Assembly: GCA_963675495.1 (NCBI GenBank)
Contig: OY776215.1
Location: 672,001-736,000 of the forward strand
From: an uncultured Methanolobus sp.
GTDB taxonomy: Archaea; Halobacteriota; Methanosarcinia; Methanosarcinales; Methanosarcinaceae
Reading direction: 5' to 3'
DNA length: 64,000 nucleotides
In this document: positions 59,566 through 64,000 of the stretch, piece by piece
Layout of the letters: every line of letters begins with the position of its first letter
Numbering within the stretch: position 1 is the stretch's first letter
Made by a program: the position numbers and the translations under genes
The notes under the pieces: generated by a model
What the model was told of the DNA's origin: nothing
The model's input: the letters and a program-made list of their open reading frames with translations, nothing else
Databases searched by the model: none

Positions 59566-61526
59566 TACGACAACCCAACGCAATTCTTGGCAATGAAAGA
59601 TTACTTGTGACTGTCGGGAAAAAAGGCGAGATATTCGGATATTATTTTCCAGGGAGGGATTTCGCCCAACACGTAGAAGAGTCACAGGCCTGCCTGCACG
59701 ACGGAAAAAATCTCATTTGGTCAAACGCCCGGGAATGGGTAGCTGATCAGAAATACATAGAAAATACAAATATAGTAACTACTGAGCTTATACACCCATC
59801 AGGCCTTGTCATGAATATCACAGATTTTGTTCATCCTACCCTGCCTGTACTTGTGCGCAAATACAAGATAAGTTCTAAGAAAAAATTCAGCGGGAAGTTC
59901 TTCTATTACTCAAACCTCAAGGTTGGGGAGATGAACAAAAAGAACTCAGCTTTCTGCGACTATGACTCCGGTCTGCTGGGGCAGTACTGGAAGAATTACT
60001 ATGTGGGCATAAGTTCCAGTCCCATGTTCGAAGAGTGGCAGGTTGGAAAAGCCATGGACACTATCTGGTGGACAAATGCCAAATACGACATGGAAGACGG
60101 AGAGCTCCAGAGAAATCATGAAGATATAGGTAATCTGAACTGTTCTATCGGATGGAAACTGGATATTGATGCTTCAAAACCTGCTGAGATCACAGTATTC
60201 ATTGGTGCAGCTTCAAGAAGACCGGCACTTTACAGGCGAATGCGAGAGGTGCAGAGTGAAGCTGTTGAGAACATGTACAATGAGACACAGGAGAAATGGG
60301 TCAAATGGCTATCAAAGAAAAAACTTCTTGAAATACCTGAATATCCTGGTTTTGAAACATTCAGGCAGGACCTGTTCAAAGCTTTTAACCGCTCATTGCT
60401 TGCGTTAAGTATACTCAATGACTCCAGCAAAGGTTCATTTGTGGCTGCCCCTGAATTCGATCATGAATTCGAAAAGAGTGGAGGCTATGGGTACTGCTGG
60501 AACAGGGACAGTGCAGAGATCGTCACTTCACTGCTGGAAGCAGGATATCCCGAATATTGTGCCCGTTTCTTCAAGTGGTGCAAAACTACCCAGCTCCAGG
60601 ACGGTTCATGGTTCCAGCGTTACTGGCTCGATGGGAACACCGCACCTTCATGGGGAAATTTCAGTTTCTCAACCCAGATCGATGAGACTGGTTCCACTAT
60701 CTTTGCAATGGATACTTATTACCGTACGCTAGAACAACCCATTAAAGCGGAGTTTTTGGACAGTGTGTGGGCAACCGTGCTGTCCGCTGCAGAATATCTT
60801 ATGAGAAGAACTGCCGAAGGCCTTCATGAACCCTGCATCTGCCTATGGGAGACTTATTCCGGAATATTCACTTACACTAATGCCGCCATATATGCCGGGC
60901 TAATGGGAGCAGCAAACATGGCGATGGATTACAATGAGAAAGGACTTGCAGACAGGTGGATAGAGAGAGCTGAGTTTATCAAGAGTACCACCATCGACAA
61001 ATTGTGGCTTGATGAAGGTTATTTTGCCCGTGGAATACTCCACGGAAAAGTCGACACTGCCATTGATGCAAGTATAATCGGTACCGTCGTTCCTTTCAAT
61101 ATGCTATCACCTAGTGATGAAAAAGAAAAAGAGATGATAGAGTCCATAATAAAGAATATTGAGAAGCAGCTCAGGGTGCCTGTAAATGATCATTTTGGGA
61201 TAAAGAGATATGTGGACGATAAATATATCGATGGCAATCCCTGGATAGTCACAACCCTGTGGCTGTCAAAAGCATTGCTTGAGATGGCAATAACCATTGA
61301 TAACACAGAAAAAGAAGAAATGAAAACATTGACCAATGATGCCTTAAAATATATCAAATGGTCATTGAAAGGTACGACCGGAGCAGGAATGCTGCCTGAA
61401 CAGGTCAACAAATACACAGGCAGACCTGCATGGGCCATACCACTTAGCTGGAGTTGTGCATTGATGCTTGACAACATCCTCCTGCTTGACAAACTCCAGA
61501 AGAAACTGTCTGGTAAAAAGATATGA
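59562..61526 (+). CDS. GH15 glucoamylase-family glycosidase
   Basis: NAILGN, GGYGYCWNRD, QIDETG, LWE, GIKRY.DD.Y..GNPW, LPEQV, PLSWS. Confidence 0.9.
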   Translation: MIRQPNAILGNERLLVTVGKKGEIFGYYFPGRDFAQHVEESQACLHDGKNLIWSNAREWVADQKYIENTNIVTTELIHPSGLVMNITDFVHPTLPVLVRKYKISSKKKFSGKFFYYSNLKVGEMNKKNSAFCDYDSGLLGQYWKNYYVGISSSPMFEEWQVGKAMDTIWWTNAKYDMEDGELQRNHEDIGNLNCSIGWKLDIDASKPAEITVFIGAASRRPALYRRMREVQSEAVENMYNETQEKWVKWLSKKKLLEIPEYPGFETFRQDLFKAFNRSLLALSILNDSSKGSFVAAPEFDHEFEKSGGYGYCWNRDSAEIVTSLLEAGYPEYCARFFKWCKTTQLQDGSWFQRYWLDGNTAPSWGNFSFSTQIDETGSTIFAMDTYYRTLEQPIKAEFLDSVWATVLSAAEYLMRRTAEGLHEPCICLWETYSGIFTYTNAAIYAGLMGAANMAMDYNEKGLADRWIERAEFIKSTTIDKLWLDEGYFARGILHGKVDTAIDASIIGTVVPFNMLSPSDEKEKEMIESIIKNIEKQLRVPVNDHFGIKRYVDDKYIDGNPWIVTTLWLSKALLEMAITIDNTEKEEMKTLTNDALKYIKWSLKGTTGAGMLPEQVNKYTGRPAWAIPLSWSCALMLDNILLLDKLQKKLSGKKI

Positions 61527-63505
61527 AACTACCTGTTGTAACGGGACAATTCATGAACTACGCTGACTACATAGCGGGAACAAGAAAGGAATGGATAATT
61601 ACCAATGGCCTCGGAGGATATGCTTCCTCCACAGTTATAGGGGCGAACACACGTAAGTACCACGGCCTGTTGATAGCTTCGGTGAACCCTCCCGTTGATA
61701 GAAAACTTCTGCTTTCATCCCTTGATGAGGAACTGATCATTGGAGAGAATATCCATAAACTTTCAGTACATAACTATCATGGTGCAGTTTATCCCCACGG
61801 CAACGAATATCTTGAAACTTTCAGGTCGGACCCCCATCCTGCTTTTCTGTATAGTGTAGCCGGAATGAAGGTCAAAAAACAAATTATGATGATATATGGT
61901 GAAAACACCACTATCGTAAAGTATGAAATTAACAATCCTTCAGGCGAGCATGGAATCTTCAGGATACTACCTCTTGTTAATAGCAGGTCTATCCACCACA
62001 TGACAAATGCAAAAGGACTTTCCTTCAGACAAGAAAAATCCTCATGCGGAACTATACTTACCTGCGGAGATTCTTCATTCCAGATATGCTCTGACCTGCC
62101 TTACGAAGCTGATGAACATTGGTACTACAATTTTGAATACGAAGTGGAACTTTTAAGAGGATATCCTCACATTGAAGATAACTTTAATCCGGGATACTTC
62201 GATCTGGAAATAAATGACACTGATATTTCCTGTTTCATCGTGGCAGCGACTGAGCTGGATAAAGACTTGGATATGAAAAAAGTGCTGGAACTTTTCAAGA
62301 ATGAAGAAAAACGAAACGAAGAGCCTGTAAAGAGAAACATAAAAGAAGATGTTTTCTTACGAAAACTCACTATTGCAGGTGACTCTTTCGTAGTTGAACG
62401 AAGGTCAACAGGATCAAGATCAATTATTGCCGGTTATCACTGGTTCGCAGACTGGGGAAGGGATACAATGATATCACTTCCGGGCCTGACGCTTGCAACT
62501 GGAAGATTTAATGACGCAAGATCCATACTTTCTACTTTTGCGGCTCACTGTAAAGATGGGCTTATACCCAATCTATTCCCGGAAAATGCATCTGAATCAC
62601 CGGTATATAACACCGTTGACGCATCCCTGTGGTTTGTCCATGCCGTTGGAAGATACCTGGATTATACGGGTGACATTGACTTTGCTGAAAGTATGTGGCC
62701 AACTATTGAAAGCATACTGGACCATTATCGCACTGGAACTATCTATGATATCAAAATGGATGATGACGGTCTGATAGAACATGCAGGACAGCTTACCTGG
62801 ATGGATGCAAAGATAGGAAACTGGGAAGTTACACCACGAAGAGGAAAAGCATGTGAAATAAATGCTCTCTGGTACAATGCACTGGTGTATGCAACAAAAA
62901 TAGGAAAACATCTTGAAATGGATGTTTCCGGTTACCATGAAATTGCAGCATTAGCAAAAAGAAGTTTTACAGAAAAATTCTGGAATGATGAAAAAAGTTG
63001 CCTTTATGACTGCATTTCAGGTTTTGGAGATAGCAGCGAAAAGGATGCTGCTATCAGACCAAACCAGATATTTGCAGTTTCTCTTCCTCATACTGTGCTT
63101 TCTCATGAAATGGAAAAAGGTATTGTGGATGTAATAACTGAAGAATTACTGACACCTTATGGACTAAGGACACTGTCACCAGATGATAGCAGGTATGCTG
63201 GCTTGTACAAAGGAAATCCAGAAACCAGAGATGCTGTCTATCATAATGGTACCGTATGGACATGGTTACTTGGCTCTTATGTAACTGCTTATGCTAAAGT
63301 GTACAAGAACCTGCCTGATCTGGAAAATAGACTCAGAGCTTTCCTGCATATGATAGAAAAACACTTGGATGAAGCATGTATCGGCACGATATCAGAGGTA
63401 TTCGATGGCGACATGCCATACAATCCGGGTGGATGCGTATCACAGGCATGGAGTGTGGCTGAAATAACACGCTGCTATGTTGAAGATATTTTATCGGAGC
63501 ACTAA
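61523..63505 (+). CDS. Amylo-alpha-1,6-glucosidase (glycogen debranching enzyme, GH133)
   Basis: EWIITNGLGGYAS, RKYHGLL, AGYHWF.DWGRD.MISLPG, TWMDA, IRPNQ, YHNGTVW, QAWSVAE. Confidence 0.93.
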   Translation: MKLPVVTGQFMNYADYIAGTRKEWIITNGLGGYASSTVIGANTRKYHGLLIASVNPPVDRKLLLSSLDEELIIGENIHKLSVHNYHGAVYPHGNEYLETFRSDPHPAFLYSVAGMKVKKQIMMIYGENTTIVKYEINNPSGEHGIFRILPLVNSRSIHHMTNAKGLSFRQEKSSCGTILTCGDSSFQICSDLPYEADEHWYYNFEYEVELLRGYPHIEDNFNPGYFDLEINDTDISCFIVAATELDKDLDMKKVLELFKNEEKRNEEPVKRNIKEDVFLRKLTIAGDSFVVERRSTGSRSIIAGYHWFADWGRDTMISLPGLTLATGRFNDARSILSTFAAHCKDGLIPNLFPENASESPVYNTVDASLWFVHAVGRYLDYTGDIDFAESMWPTIESILDHYRTGTIYDIKMDDDGLIEHAGQLTWMDAKIGNWEVTPRRGKACEINALWYNALVYATKIGKHLEMDVSGYHEIAALAKRSFTEKFWNDEKSCLYDCISGFGDSSEKDAAIRPNQIFAVSLPHTVLSHEMEKGIVDVITEELLTPYGLRTLSPDDSRYAGLYKGNPETRDAVYHNGTVWTWLLGSYVTAYAKVYKNLPDLENRLRAFLHMIEKHLDEACIGTISEVFDGDMPYNPGGCVSQAWSVAEITRCYVEDILSEH

Positions 63506-63592
63506 GATATCCATTCGCAATCTTTATGAGAGGGTAAAATCATTTTTGTTATAAGGTTTTCGGGTTAATTTATGATATAAGTGAGTGGGATC

Positions 63593-63768
63593 ATGGAATC
63601 ACTTAGAATTGCAATGTTCTTATGGGAGAGCCTTCGTTCTGCAAAGGTCTGTGGGATGGAGCCTCATATAACCGAGCTATCAGATAAGCTAGTTGAAAAA
63701 AGTTCAACTGGGAAAACATTGCCAGAAACACGGTTCATGTTTATAGCAGAATTACACGGAGTGATAAA
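63593..63768 (+). pseudogene. GT4 glycosyltransferase remnant with ~1-kb internal deletion
   Basis: LRIAMFLWESL...KVCG..PHITELS matches the N-terminus of 52441; after GAAAAA another frame reads KFNWENIARNTVHVY, like the GT4 C-terminus YNWNNIAEMTMKVY. Confidence 0.75.
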
Positions 63769-63981
63769 ATGGAAGAAATGTGTTTGAACATTGGTGAAGC
63801 AGCAGGTTGTGTCTACAGGCTGCTCGATAGTGGAGAATCGAATATGGCAAACCTGAAGAATCATCTCAAAGAAAACGGTTTTGATTCACAGGTAGCTTTT
63901 ATGGCTATAGGATGGCTTGCAAGAGAAGATAAGATATGCATGGCTAAGAACGGAAATTCCTGGTCTTTAAGTTTAAAGTGA
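63769..63981 (+). CDS. DUF2582 winged-helix protein
   Basis: IGEAAG.VY.LL ... AIGWLAREDKI signature; GGAGTGA SD. Confidence 0.88.
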   Translation: MEEMCLNIGEAAGCVYRLLDSGESNMANLKNHLKENGFDSQVAFMAIGWLAREDKICMAKNGNSWSLSLK

Positions 63982-64000
63982 AACAAGAAATCCATTTCTT

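Noticed and set aside
63695-63702. GAAAAAAG as a programmed -1 frameshift joining the GT4 stub to DUF2582
   Set aside because: The phase does not fit X_XXY_YYZ tandem slippage, DUF2582 has its own SD and ATG, and a deletion explains the junction.

Overview
Archaeal chromosomal segment from a methanogen of the Methanosarcinaceae (Methanolobus-like; inferred from archaeosortase C/PEF-CTERM, DUF1616, citramalate synthase, TATA-type promoters and GGAGG/GTGA SD motifs). It has four blocks. (1) 1-25.3 kb: a surface-glycan/exopolysaccharide locus (two DegT aminotransferases, two FemAB-like GNATs, WbqC, PIG-L and NodB-type deacetylases, acetyltransferases, GT2, flippase). It also holds two paralogous secreted beta-helix proteins (one with 300-bp tandem repeats, one with cohesin plus dockerin), artC, a catalytically dead HtpX homolog, DUF1616 and a PEF-CTERM protein. 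(2) 25.4-43 kb: housekeeping genes (M42 peptidase, cimA-ilvB-ilvN-ilvC, nitroreductase, topA, thiC-family, MBL hydrolase, peroxiredoxin, PAS kinase) plus a degenerate MCM-like gene. (3) 43.4-49.4 kb: ion-transport genes (MarC, Na/K-ATPase-like P2C pump, MscS, CNNM/DUF21). (4) 49.6-64 kb: an alpha-glucan (glycogen) cluster with a GT3-type synthase, interleaved with corA-DUF432-mscS. The most notable observations are two related intergenic structured elements (33.7 and 43.0 kb) that look like a family of anti-Shine-Dalgarno sRNAs, a cimA gene with no canonical start codon overlapped by an Ile-Ile uORF, an ATPase-dead MCM paralog, and an (AAT)14 microsatellite made of stop codons. All protein family calls come from motif recognition by eye; no database searches were run.
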